Of a DNA stretch of 64,000 bases, positions 28,819-38,166 are shown one piece after another (position 1 is the stretch's first letter; each line of letters starts with the position of its first letter). Below the pieces are notes generated by a model. The model ran no database searches. It was not told the DNA's origin and saw only the letters and a program-made list of their open reading frames with translations. The translations under genes were made by a program, and so were the position numbers. This stretch comes from Micromonospora sonneratiae (GTDB taxonomy: Bacteria; Actinomycetota; Actinomycetes; Mycobacteriales; Micromonosporaceae), in the NCBI RefSeq assembly GCF_042679305.1, contig NZ_JBHTMP010000017.1, forward strand, positions 13,551 to 77,550, in the 5' to 3' direction.

Positions 28819-30165
28819 TCAGGCCCGGTCGTCGGGGCGGTCCCGGCGGGCGGTGGAGATCCACTGCTCGCCGAGCGGGACCGGTCCCTCGTCCAGCGGG
28901 GCGGTGACCGGGGCCGGCGGATGGATGGGTGGCTCGTCCAGGGCCTGTAGCGACGGCAGGGGAATGGCCACCAGCGCGACGACGAGCAGCGCCACGGCCA
29001 GGACCAGGAAGGCCGGCCGTACGCCGAGCCACTCCACGAGTGGTCCGGCCAGCAGATATCCGGCTGGCCCGGCGGCGTACGCGGACGAGGTCATCACCCC
29101 TACGACGCGCCCGCGCAGGTGCTCCGGCGTACGGGTCTGCATCGCGTAGTTGGCCAGCGGGTTGATCGGGCCGTACATCAGCCCGGTCGCCGCGGCCAGG
29201 GCGATCATCGCCGGGTACGGCGGCAGCGCGGCCAGCCCGACCAGGGCGATGCCGGTGCCGACCAGGGCGATCACGAACGCGGTACGGCGACGGATCCGGT
29301 GTCCCAGGCCACCGAAGAGGAGCGCCCCGACGATTCCGCCGGCGCTCATCGCCATCACGATGGTGCCCAGTCGGGACGGCGCACCCTGGGCGACGAAGTA
29401 CGCCGGCAGGATGACGCCCTCCGACGGTAGGTAGAGCGCCACGAGTGCCATGGTCAGCAGGGCGATGGTTCGCAGCAGGCGGTCCCGCCAGACGAAGGTC
29501 AGGCCCTCGACGGTGCCGTGCCAGATGCCCGCTGGCCGGGTCTCGGGCCGTCCCGCCCCGGGCAGCCGTACTGCCGCGATCAGCAGCATGGAGAGTACGA
29601 AGCCGGCGGCGGTCACCCAGAGGGTGCGTTCCGGGCCGAAGGCGGCGATGAGTACGCCACCGACGCCGGGGCCGACGAGGAAGGCGACACCCCACATCGC
29701 CTCGTGGACGCTGTTGGCCCGGTCGATCCGCCAGCGTGCCGCCGCGGCGGCGGCCGGCAGCATGGTCTCCCGTGCGGTGAGCCCGGCCGGGTCGAAGACC
29801 GCGCCGAGCACGGCCAGTACGACGATGGCGGCGATGTTCAGCCCGAGGGTGGCGTCCAGGATCGGGATCGCCGCGACCGAGGCGGCCGACAGGGCGTCGG
29901 AGACGATCGAGGTCCGCCGCCGACCGAGCAGGTCGACCACGGTCCCGGAGAGCAGACTGGAGACCAGCAGTGGCAGGGCGGTGGCCGCCGCGACGATACC
30001 GGCGGCGGTCGGGCTGCCGGTGCGTTCCAGGACCAGCCAGGGCAGCGCGACGGTGGCCACCCCGTTTCCGGTGCCGGAGAGCAGCGTCGCCGCCTCGACC
30101 AGCAGGAGCGGGCCCAGGCGGCGGGCGGGCGGTCCAGGGGTCGCCGGCGGCCGGCGGCTGGCCAT
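28819..30165 (-). CDS. MFS transporter (EntS/efflux-like)
   Basis: 12 predicted TM helices. Start ATG 30165 (MASRRPP...). DLLGRRR loop between TM2 and TM3. The other long minus-strand ORF here (28670-30259) is out of frame. Confidence 0.85.
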   Translation of the reverse strand: MASRRPPATPGPPARRLGPLLLVEAATLLSGTGNGVATVALPWLVLERTGSPTAAGIVAAATALPLLVSSLLSGTVVDLLGRRRTSIVSDALSAASVAAIPILDATLGLNIAAIVVLAVLGAVFDPAGLTARETMLPAAAAAARWRIDRANSVHEAMWGVAFLVGPGVGGVLIAAFGPERTLWVTAAGFVLSMLLIAAVRLPGAGRPETRPAGIWHGTVEGLTFVWRDRLLRTIALLTMALVALYLPSEGVILPAYFVAQGAPSRLGTIVMAMSAGGIVGALLFGGLGHRIRRRTAFVIALVGTGIALVGLAALPPYPAMIALAAATGLMYGPINPLANYAMQTRTPEHLRGRVVGVMTSSAYAAGPAGYLLAGPLVEWLGVRPAFLVLAVALLVVALVAIPLPSLQALDEPPIHPPAPVTAPLDEGPVPLGEQWISTARRDRPDDRA

Positions 30166-30351
30166 CGGGCATCTCTCCTTCGACTTGTCGGCCACGGGGA
30201 CGGACTTCTCGTCCACCGGGACCCGGCTCAGCAGCGGACGGGCGCGATTGACAGAGCATGTCATGATCGCCGTGCCGATGCGGATGAGAAACGGTTTCAC
30301 CTGCTCCGAGTGGGTGCGCCGGGGGCGGGTAGCTGGGAGGGCGACGGTTCG

Positions 30352-30996
30352 ATGGGTGGGTTCGCCAGCGCGGTGCTCGACTTCCCGACCGTCGTCTTCA
30401 CGTTCCTGCTGGTGGTCGTCATCGGCTATTGGCTGCTCGTGCTGGTCGGCGTGGTCGACCTCGACGGTGACGCCGAAGCCGGCGGATCGGTGAACCTTCT
30501 GGCCGGGCTCGGGCTCGGCGGGCTTCCGGCCACAGTGGTCCTGTCACTTCTGATCGCGGTGGCGTGGTTCGTCAGCCTCGTCGGCACCGTGCTGCTCGAC
30601 ATACTCCTCGGGCTGACCGGACTCGTCCTGGTCGTGCTCTCGGTTTTCGTGCTGGTGGTGGCGCTGGTCTGCGCCTGGTCGGTCACCCGGTTGCTGGTGA
30701 TACCGCTGCGCCACCTGTTCCCGTCCAGCGCGGGCCCTTCCCGTACCGCCTTTGTCGGCAGGTTCTGTGTCATCCGTACCGGTCGGGTGACGGTCGACTT
30801 CGGCCAGGCCGAGGTGACGGCGGAGGACGGGTCGTCCGCTGTCGTCCAGGTGCGGCAGACCGGCGACGAATCCCTTGGTGCTGGCAGCACCGCCCTCATC
30901 TACGACTACGACGCTGACGGCGAGTTCTTCTGGGTCACGGCCATCGACGCCGAACTCCGCCCGGGCCACTCGCCCCATCGACCGAAGGAAATTTGA
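30352..30996 (+). CDS. YqiJ/NfeD-like membrane protein with C-terminal OB-like domain
   Basis: ATG 30352. Three or four TM helices, then RFCVIRTGRVTVDFGQAEVTAEDGSSAVVQVRQ (NfeD-type beta domain). The stop overlaps the flotillin ATG (TGATG). Confidence 0.7.
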   Translation: MGGFASAVLDFPTVVFTFLLVVVIGYWLLVLVGVVDLDGDAEAGGSVNLLAGLGLGGLPATVVLSLLIAVAWFVSLVGTVLLDILLGLTGLVLVVLSVFVLVVALVCAWSVTRLLVIPLRHLFPSSAGPSRTAFVGRFCVIRTGRVTVDFGQAEVTAEDGSSAVVQVRQTGDESLGAGSTALIYDYDADGEFFWVTAIDAELRPGHSPHRPKEI

Positions 30997-33005
30997 TGGA
31001 AGTAATCACCACCGGGCTCGGCGTTCTGTTGGGTGTCATCCTTCTTGTCGTCATCTGCATCATGTTCATCGTCAGCCGACTGTTCCGGAAGGTGGAGCAG
31101 GGCAAGGCCCTGATCATCTCCAAGGTCCGGCGGGTCGACGTGACGTTCACCGGCGCGGTGGTCCTGCCGGTGCTGCACAAGGCCGAGATCATGGACATCT
31201 CGGTGAAGACCATCGACATCGAGCGGACCGGCAACGAGGGCCTGATCTGCCGGGACAACATCCGGGCCGACATCCGGATCACCTTCTTCGTGCGGGTCAA
31301 CAAGACCACCGAGGACGTGGTCAAGGTGGCTCAGGCGATCGGTACGGCCCGGGCCAGTGACCGGGAGACCCTGCAGGAGCTGTTCAACGCGAAGTTCTCC
31401 GAGGCGCTGAAGACGGTCGGTAAGCAGCTGGACTTCGTCGACCTCTACACCAAGCGGGACGAGTTCCGCGACCGGATCATCCAGGTCATCGGCACCGACC
31501 TCAACGGTTACAGCCTTGAGGACGCCGCCATCGACTTCCTGGAGCAGACCCCGCTGGCCCAGCTCGACGCCGCCAACATCCTGGACGCGCAGGGCATTCG
31601 CAAGATCACTGAGCTGACCGCGATCGAGCACGTCCGTACCAACGAGTTCCAGCGCAACGAACAGAAGGAGATCACCCGCCAGAACGTCGACGCCCGGGAG
31701 GCCATCCTGGAGCTGGAACGCCGGCAGGCCGACGCCGAGATCAAGCAGCGCCGCGAGATCGAGACGATGCGGGCCAGGGAAGAAGCGGAGATTTCCCGGG
31801 TACGGGCCGAGGAGCGGCTCAAGGCCGAGTCGGCCGGTATCCGTACCGACGAGCAGCTCGGCGTCCAGCAGGAGAACCTGGCCCGGGAGATCGCCGTCGC
31901 GGAGAAGAACCGGGAACGGGTCATCGCGATCGAGACCGAGCGGATCGAGAAGGACCGGCTGCTGGAGGTCATCGCCCGGCAGCGGGAGACCGAACTCTCC
32001 ACCATCGCCAAGGACAAGGAGGTGGAGGCGGAGAAGCGGTCCATCGCCGAGGTGGTCCGGGAGCGGATCGCGGTGGAGAAGACGGTCGCCGAGCAGGAGG
32101 AGAACATCAAGCGCCTGCGGGTGGTCGAGGAGGCCGAGCGGACCCGGCAGGCGGTGGTGATCCAGGCCGAGGCGGAGGCGCAGGAGAACCTGGTCAAGGA
32201 CATCAAGGCCGCCGAGGCGGCCGAGCAGGCGGCCAAGCACCGGGCCCGGGAGCAGATGGTGCTGGCCGAGGCCCGCCAGCAGGCGGCCGAGTTGGAGACC
32301 CGGGCGAAGATCCGGCTGGCCGAGGGCCTACAGGCCGAGGCGGCTGCCGCAGGCCTGGCCGAGGTGCAGGTACGCGAGCGGGGTGCCGAGGCGATCGAGC
32401 GGGTCGGCCGGGCCGAGGCGATCGTCGAGCGGGAGAAGGCGCTGGCGGTGGCCGAGGCGGTACGGGAGAAGCTCAAGGGCGAGGCCGAGGGTCTGACCGA
32501 GAAGGCAGCCGCGATGGCGGCCCTCGACGACGCGACCCGTGACCACGAGGAGTACCGCCTGCGGTTGGAGGCGGAGAAGGAGATCCGCCTGGCCGGCATC
32601 GACGTGCAGCGGCAGGTCGCCGAGGCGCAGGCCAAGGTGGTGGCGGCCGGCCTGGAGAAGGCCAACATCGACATCGTCGGTGGCGACACGGTCTTCTTCG
32701 ACCGGCTGATGGGCTCGATCACGCTCGGCAAGAGCGTCGACGGTTTCGTCCAGCACTCCGACGTCGCCCAGACCCTGGCGCGGCCGTGGCTGGACGGATC
32801 CTCGAACTTCACCGACGACCTGGGCAAACTGCTCGGCGCGCTGAACACCGCCGACGTGCAGAACCTCACCGTCTCCGCGTTCCTGATGCAGCAGATCAAG
32901 GCCGGTGGGTCGAACGCGGACAAGCTGCGGGAGCTGCTGACCGCCGCGCAGCGCCTCGGTGTGGCGGAGGCGCCGGTGGCCGCCCTCACCGGCGCGAAGA
33001 AGTGA
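30996..33005 (+). CDS. Flotillin / SPFH (band-7) family protein
   Basis: N-terminal TM hairpin. SPFH core KALIISKVRRVDVTFTGAVVLPVLHKAEIMDISVKTIDIER...RADIRITFFVRV. About 270 aa of A/E/R-rich coiled coil. Flotillin C-terminus. Confidence 0.9.
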   Translation: MEVITTGLGVLLGVILLVVICIMFIVSRLFRKVEQGKALIISKVRRVDVTFTGAVVLPVLHKAEIMDISVKTIDIERTGNEGLICRDNIRADIRITFFVRVNKTTEDVVKVAQAIGTARASDRETLQELFNAKFSEALKTVGKQLDFVDLYTKRDEFRDRIIQVIGTDLNGYSLEDAAIDFLEQTPLAQLDAANILDAQGIRKITELTAIEHVRTNEFQRNEQKEITRQNVDAREAILELERRQADAEIKQRREIETMRAREEAEISRVRAEERLKAESAGIRTDEQLGVQQENLAREIAVAEKNRERVIAIETERIEKDRLLEVIARQRETELSTIAKDKEVEAEKRSIAEVVRERIAVEKTVAEQEENIKRLRVVEEAERTRQAVVIQAEAEAQENLVKDIKAAEAAEQAAKHRAREQMVLAEARQQAAELETRAKIRLAEGLQAEAAAAGLAEVQVRERGAEAIERVGRAEAIVEREKALAVAEAVREKLKGEAEGLTEKAAAMAALDDATRDHEEYRLRLEAEKEIRLAGIDVQRQVAEAQAKVVAAGLEKANIDIVGGDTVFFDRLMGSITLGKSVDGFVQHSDVAQTLARPWLDGSSNFTDDLGKLLGALNTADVQNLTVSAFLMQQIKAGGSNADKLRELLTAAQRLGVAEAPVAALTGAKK

Positions 33006-33012
33006 CGCCCGG

Positions 33013-36000
33013 GTGGCTGAGTTCGTGACCGGGTCCACCACCGTCGAATCGGGCGACCAGAACCGGACCGCCGACCAGGCGGGGATGGACGCCGGCACCT
33101 ACGACGTACTCCGGAACCGGCTGGCGGAACGCGCCACGGAGCTGGCCCGCCGGGCCGAGCAGCTCAACGCCCGACGGCTGGACGTCTTCGGCGGCACCGA
33201 GCTGCGGCTGCTCGGCACCGAGCGGATCCGTACGCAGCACAACTGCGTACCCCGCGACATCGTGTCGGTCGGCGGGCTGATGCTGTTCGGCTACAACGTG
33301 TTCATCGGGCTGAAGCCCGAGACGACGGTGGACGACGTCTTCTCGCTGCACCGGTTCACCCGCGAGGCGGCCCCGGACACCGGCGGCGGGGAGGTCTTCC
33401 GGTTCGCCGAGGTGGACCCGGTCGAGCTTCCCGAACTGCTACGTGACCAGCAGTTCGAGCGCGACTTCGGCGAACTCTACCGGTACTACCGGGAGACCCG
33501 GCTGCTGCAACTACGGCGGACCGACGGCCGGCTGCTGGCCATCTTCCAGACCGGTCCGCGTACCGAGGACATCCGGGTCCTGCGCTGGCGGGTCGACGCC
33601 GACGGGACGATCGGCTACCTCGACAACCGGGGCGAGCGCGACCACGTGTTCCCGCCCGCGCACGACTTCGAGTGGATCGAGACCACTCGTGAGGACCACG
33701 TGCTCGGTCGGCACCCGCACATCTCGATCCGGGGCGAGGTGTTCGTCGAGACGGTCGGCGGCAACCTCACCGTGAAGATCGAGAACAACACGGAGACCGG
33801 CGAGGGCATCTACGGCGAGCCGGTGGACGAGCCGCTACAGAGCCTGGCCGACGCCGACATCCACTACGCCGTCGTCGGTCCGCTGATCCTGCTCCGGATC
33901 CGGCCGTACAAGGAGACCGAGTGGCGGCACCTGGTCTTCAACACGACCACCAAGACGGTCGTACGTCTGGACGGCATCGGACAGGCCTGTCAGCGGTTGC
34001 CGGAGGACCACGGGATCATCTTCCCCGGGGGCTACTACCTGGCCACCGGGGTCAGCCGGACCTTCGACACGGTGGTCGACGACCTCGAGTTCGAGCGGGT
34101 CATCCGGTCCACCAACGGGGAGGACGTGCTCTACGTCTTCCATGCCCGCAAGGACGGTCGCAGCCTGCTGCTGCCGTACAACGTGATCCGTAAGGAGGTC
34201 GCCACCCCGGTTCCCTGCCACGGCTACTCGCTCTTCGACGACGGCACGCTGGTGGTGTTCCGGGCGACCTCCGAGGAGCCGACCCGGGTCCACCCGATGC
34301 AGATCTGGCAGACCCCGTACCTGTCCGACACCTACTCCGCCGCCCAGCCGGTCGGCAGTGGTCCGTTGGAGCGGGTCGGTAACGCAGACCTGGTACGCGG
34401 CATCTCGGACTGCCTGTCGGTGGCCCGGATGGTGGGCGAGATGACCCCGGCGGTCGGGGTGTTCGAGGCACTGATCGCCGGGTGCACCCGGGCCTTCGAC
34501 CACTACCACTGGCTCGGCGACCCGGAACTGGACGACCTGGGCGGGCCGCTGGCCGAGGTCCGGGCGATCGCGCAGCAGGTCCTGGACGAGTTCGAGAAGG
34601 TCCAGTCGCTCACCGCACAGGCAGCGGCGACCCTGGAGGAAACCGCCGCCCGGATCGCCTCCCTGGTCCGCCGGGTACGCGGCGAAGCGCCGCTGACCGC
34701 CGACGACTGGGTACGCCAACTCGCCGGGCTGCGTCAGGCGCAGGGCCAGTTGGTGACCCTGCGTGAGCTGCGGTACGTCGACGCGGCCCGGATCGACCGG
34801 CTGGCCGCCGAACTGGCCGAGGAGTTGACCGCCGCCGCCCAGCGTGCGGTCCGGTTCCTCCAGCAGGAGGACGCCTTCGCCGACTACCACGTCGAGGTCG
34901 ACCGGTTGGCCACGGCCGCCGGCGCGATCAGCACCGTGGCCGAGGCCGGGCCGGTCCGGGACCGGCTGGCCGAACAGGCCGAAGGGCTACAGATCGTCAC
35001 CGAGGTGGTGGGCAGCCTCGACATCGCCGACGCGACCGTACGGACCGGCATCCTGGAGCAGGTCGCCGAGGTGCTGGGCGGGGTCAACCGGGTCCGGGCC
35101 ACGTTGGACGGCCGTCGGGCGCAACTGCTGGCGGCAGAGGGGCGGGCCGGCTTCGCCGCCGAGTTCGCCCTGCTCGGGCAGGCGGTCACGGGTGCGCTGG
35201 CGGTGAGCGACACCGCCGAGAAGTGCGACGAGCAGCTGGGCCGGCTGCTGCTCCAGGTGGAGAACCTGGAGTCCCGCTTCGGCGAGTTCGACGACTTCCT
35301 CGCCGAGTTGGCGACCAGACGTACCGACATCTACGAGGCGTTCTCGTCGCGCAAGCAGGCACTGCTCGACGAGCGGGCGCGCCGGGCCGACCGGCTGGTG
35401 TCCTCGGCCGAGCGGATCCTGGTCAGCGTACGGCGTCGGGTCGGCGGGCTGCGTTCCCTCGACGAGGTGAACACCTACTTCGCCTCCGACCCGATGGTCA
35501 CCAAGCTGCGCGGGGTGGCCGACGAGCTGCGTACCCTGGGCGACCAGGTGCGGGCCGACGAGCTGGAGGGGCAGGTCAAGGCCGCTCGCCAGGAGGCCGG
35601 CCGGACGCTGCGTGACCGGATCGACCTCTACCGCGACGGTGGTGACACGATCCGGTTGGGCCGGCACGCCTTCGCCGTCAACACCCAGTCGATCGACGTG
35701 ACCCTGGTTCCGCACGACGGGCGGATGATGGTCGCCATCACCGGCACCGACTACCGCGCACCGGTACGGGACGAGGCGTTCGAGCAGACCCGGGCGTTCT
35801 GGGACCAGTTGCTGGTCTCCGAGTCCGCCGAGGTGTCCCGGGCGGAGTACCTGGCCACGTCGATCCTGGCCGAGGCGGAAGCCGGCACGTCGGGACTGAC
35901 CCTCGACCTGCTGCACGAGACGGCGGTCGGCCCGGCCGGGTTGCGCGACCTGGTCCGCCGCGCGGCGGAGGGGCGGTACGACGAGGGCTACGAGCGGGGT

Positions 36001-38151
36001 GTGCACGATCACGACGCGGCCCTGATCCTCGATGCCCTGCTGCGTCTGCACACCGCGGCCGGGCTGCTGCGTTATCCGCCCGGGGCGCGGGCCGCCGCCC
36101 AGCTCTTCTGGGCGTACGGCACCGGGGACACGGCCCGGGCCGGGTGGTCGAGACGGGCCGCTTCCCTGGGCCGGGCCCGTGCCCGGTTCGGCCGTACGGC
36201 CGCCGTCGGTGAACTGTGCGCGGAACTGGCCGACGCGGCTACCGCGTACCTGCGCGAGGTCGGCCTCGACGACCAGTTGACCGCCGTCGACCTGGCCGGG
36301 GAGTACCTGTTCGAGGAGCTGGCGCGGGAATCGTCGGCCGGCATGGCTGCCGGGACGCCACGCGGGTTCGTGACCGGGGCCGGGGCGCGGACGCTGCTCG
36401 ACCGGTTCCGTCGGACGCTGGGCGGGCCGCAGTCCAGGTCGACCAAGGAGTTCGACGACGACCTGCGGGCGCTCGGTGACGACCTTGCCGCCCGGCACCA
36501 GTTGGTCGTCGCCTGGCTGGAGGCCTACCTGGGCACCGTCCCGGCCGGCGCTGCCGCCGACCCGGGAGCCGGTGTCGCTGCTGATCCGGGAGCTGGCGTC
36601 GCCGCCGATCCGGGCGGTCTCTCCGCGTACGACCTGCCGGAGGCGGTCGCCATCGAGCTGTGCGGTGCCAGCCTGCCCCGGTACGAGTCGGCAGCCAACC
36701 TGTCGACGGAGGTGGGTGGGCTGTTGGCCACCCATCGGCGCATCGTCGGGTCGAACCTGACGCTGCGACTCGACGAGACCCTGGCCCGGACCCGACGGTT
36801 CCGCAACGAGCAGGTGCCGGCCTACCGGGCCTACCAGCAGCGCCGTAACGAACTGGTGGCCCGCGAACGGCAGCGGTTGCGGCTGGAGGAGCACCAGCCG
36901 AAGGTGATGAGCGCCTTCGTCCGTAACCGGCTGCTGGACGAGGTCTACCTGCCGTTGATCGGTGACAACCTGGCCCGGCAACTCGGCGCGGTGGGTGACG
37001 GCAAGCGGGTGGACCAGATGGGTCTGCTCCTGCTGATCTCGCCACCCGGCTACGGCAAGACGACCCTGATGGAGTACGTCGCCAGCCGGCTCGGCCTGGT
37101 GTTCGTCAAGGTCAACGGTCCGGCACTGGGCTCGGCCGTCACCTCGCTGGATCCGGCCGAGGCGCCCAACGCGACCGCCCGCCAGGAGGTCGAGAAGATC
37201 TCGTTCGCGCTGGAGGCGGGCAGCAACGTGCTGCTCTACCTGGACGACATCCAGCACACCTCGCCCGAGCTGTTGCAGAAGTTCATCTCGCTGTGCGACG
37301 GGCAGCGTCGGATGGAGGGGGTGTGGGACGGCCGCACCCGCACGTACGACCTGCGGGGCAAGCGGTTCGCCGTGTGCATGGCCGGCAACCCGTACACCGA
37401 GTCGGGGCAGCGCTTCCGGGTGCCGGACATGCTGGCCAACCGGGCCGACGTGTGGAATCTCGGTGACGTGCTCGCCGGGCGGGACGAGATCTTCGCGTTG
37501 AGCTACGTCGAGAACGCGCTCACCGCCAACCAGGTGCTGGCCCCGCTGTCCACGAGGGAACGCGGCGACGTGGAGCTGCTGGTCCGGCTGGCCCGGGGCG
37601 ACGAGACGGTACGGGCGGACCAGTTGAGTCACCCGTACTCGCCGGTCGAGTTGGAGCAGATCGTCTCCGTACTGCGCAAGCTGCTGCGGGTCCAGCAGGT
37701 GGTGCTGACCAACAACCAGGCGTACATCGCGTCGGCCGCGCAGTCGGACGCGTCCCGTACCGAACCGCCGTTCCAGTTGCAGGGCTCCTACCGGAACATG
37801 AACAAGCTGGCGGAGCGGATCGTCCCGGTGATGAACGACGAGGAACTCGAGATGGTGATCGACGACCACTACCGGGGCGAGGCGCAGACCCTGGCCTCGG
37901 GGGCCGAGGCGAACCTGCTCAAGCTGGCTGAGTTGCGTGGCCGGCTCACCGCCGAGCAGGCCCGCAGGTGGGCCGAGGTGAAGGCCGGTTACCTGCGGGC
38001 CCGGGCGCTCGGCGGGGACCGGGACGATCCGGTGAGTCGTGCGGTCGGGGCACTCGGCCTGTTGGCCGACCGGGTCGGCGACGTGGAGTCGGCGATCCAG
38101 CAGGTGGGTGCCGGGGTACGCCGGGTCGAGGTGGGCGGAGCGGCCGGGTGA
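33013..38151 (+). CDS. Giant (~1710 aa) protein: beta-rich N-terminal domain, long helical region, C-terminal AAA+ ATPase
   Basis: Starts 8 nt after the flotillin stop (GTG 33013; alternatives GTG 33025 and ATG 33085). Walker A LLLISPPGYGKTTL (~aa 1343). Walker B VLLYLDDIQH (~aa 1407). AVCMAGNP sensor-1-like. High GC3 throughout. Confidence 0.85.
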   Translation: MAEFVTGSTTVESGDQNRTADQAGMDAGTYDVLRNRLAERATELARRAEQLNARRLDVFGGTELRLLGTERIRTQHNCVPRDIVSVGGLMLFGYNVFIGLKPETTVDDVFSLHRFTREAAPDTGGGEVFRFAEVDPVELPELLRDQQFERDFGELYRYYRETRLLQLRRTDGRLLAIFQTGPRTEDIRVLRWRVDADGTIGYLDNRGERDHVFPPAHDFEWIETTREDHVLGRHPHISIRGEVFVETVGGNLTVKIENNTETGEGIYGEPVDEPLQSLADADIHYAVVGPLILLRIRPYKETEWRHLVFNTTTKTVVRLDGIGQACQRLPEDHGIIFPGGYYLATGVSRTFDTVVDDLEFERVIRSTNGEDVLYVFHARKDGRSLLLPYNVIRKEVATPVPCHGYSLFDDGTLVVFRATSEEPTRVHPMQIWQTPYLSDTYSAAQPVGSGPLERVGNADLVRGISDCLSVARMVGEMTPAVGVFEALIAGCTRAFDHYHWLGDPELDDLGGPLAEVRAIAQQVLDEFEKVQSLTAQAAATLEETAARIASLVRRVRGEAPLTADDWVRQLAGLRQAQGQLVTLRELRYVDAARIDRLAAELAEELTAAAQRAVRFLQQEDAFADYHVEVDRLATAAGAISTVAEAGPVRDRLAEQAEGLQIVTEVVGSLDIADATVRTGILEQVAEVLGGVNRVRATLDGRRAQLLAAEGRAGFAAEFALLGQAVTGALAVSDTAEKCDEQLGRLLLQVENLESRFGEFDDFLAELATRRTDIYEAFSSRKQALLDERARRADRLVSSAERILVSVRRRVGGLRSLDEVNTYFASDPMVTKLRGVADELRTLGDQVRADELEGQVKAARQEAGRTLRDRIDLYRDGGDTIRLGRHAFAVNTQSIDVTLVPHDGRMMVAITGTDYRAPVRDEAFEQTRAFWDQLLVSESAEVSRAEYLATSILAEAEAGTSGLTLDLLHETAVGPAGLRDLVRRAAEGRYDEGYERGVHDHDAALILDALLRLHTAAGLLRYPPGARAAAQLFWAYGTGDTARAGWSRRAASLGRARARFGRTAAVGELCAELADAATAYLREVGLDDQLTAVDLAGEYLFEELARESSAGMAAGTPRGFVTGAGARTLLDRFRRTLGGPQSRSTKEFDDDLRALGDDLAARHQLVVAWLEAYLGTVPAGAAADPGAGVAADPGAGVAADPGGLSAYDLPEAVAIELCGASLPRYESAANLSTEVGGLLATHRRIVGSNLTLRLDETLARTRRFRNEQVPAYRAYQQRRNELVARERQRLRLEEHQPKVMSAFVRNRLLDEVYLPLIGDNLARQLGAVGDGKRVDQMGLLLLISPPGYGKTTLMEYVASRLGLVFVKVNGPALGSAVTSLDPAEAPNATARQEVEKISFALEAGSNVLLYLDDIQHTSPELLQKFISLCDGQRRMEGVWDGRTRTYDLRGKRFAVCMAGNPYTESGQRFRVPDMLANRADVWNLGDVLAGRDEIFALSYVENALTANQVLAPLSTRERGDVELLVRLARGDETVRADQLSHPYSPVELEQIVSVLRKLLRVQQVVLTNNQAYIASAAQSDASRTEPPFQLQGSYRNMNKLAERIVPVMNDEELEMVIDDHYRGEAQTLASGAEANLLKLAELRGRLTAEQARRWAEVKAGYLRARALGGDRDDPVSRAVGALGLLADRVGDVESAIQQVGAGVRRVEVGGAAG

Positions 38152-38166
38152 ACCCGCATGCCCGGG

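Noticed and set aside
34987-37869. 960-aa minus-strand ORF
   Set aside because: It is antisense to the giant AAA+ gene, has low-complexity R/G/P/V composition, and has no start context. It is an artefact.
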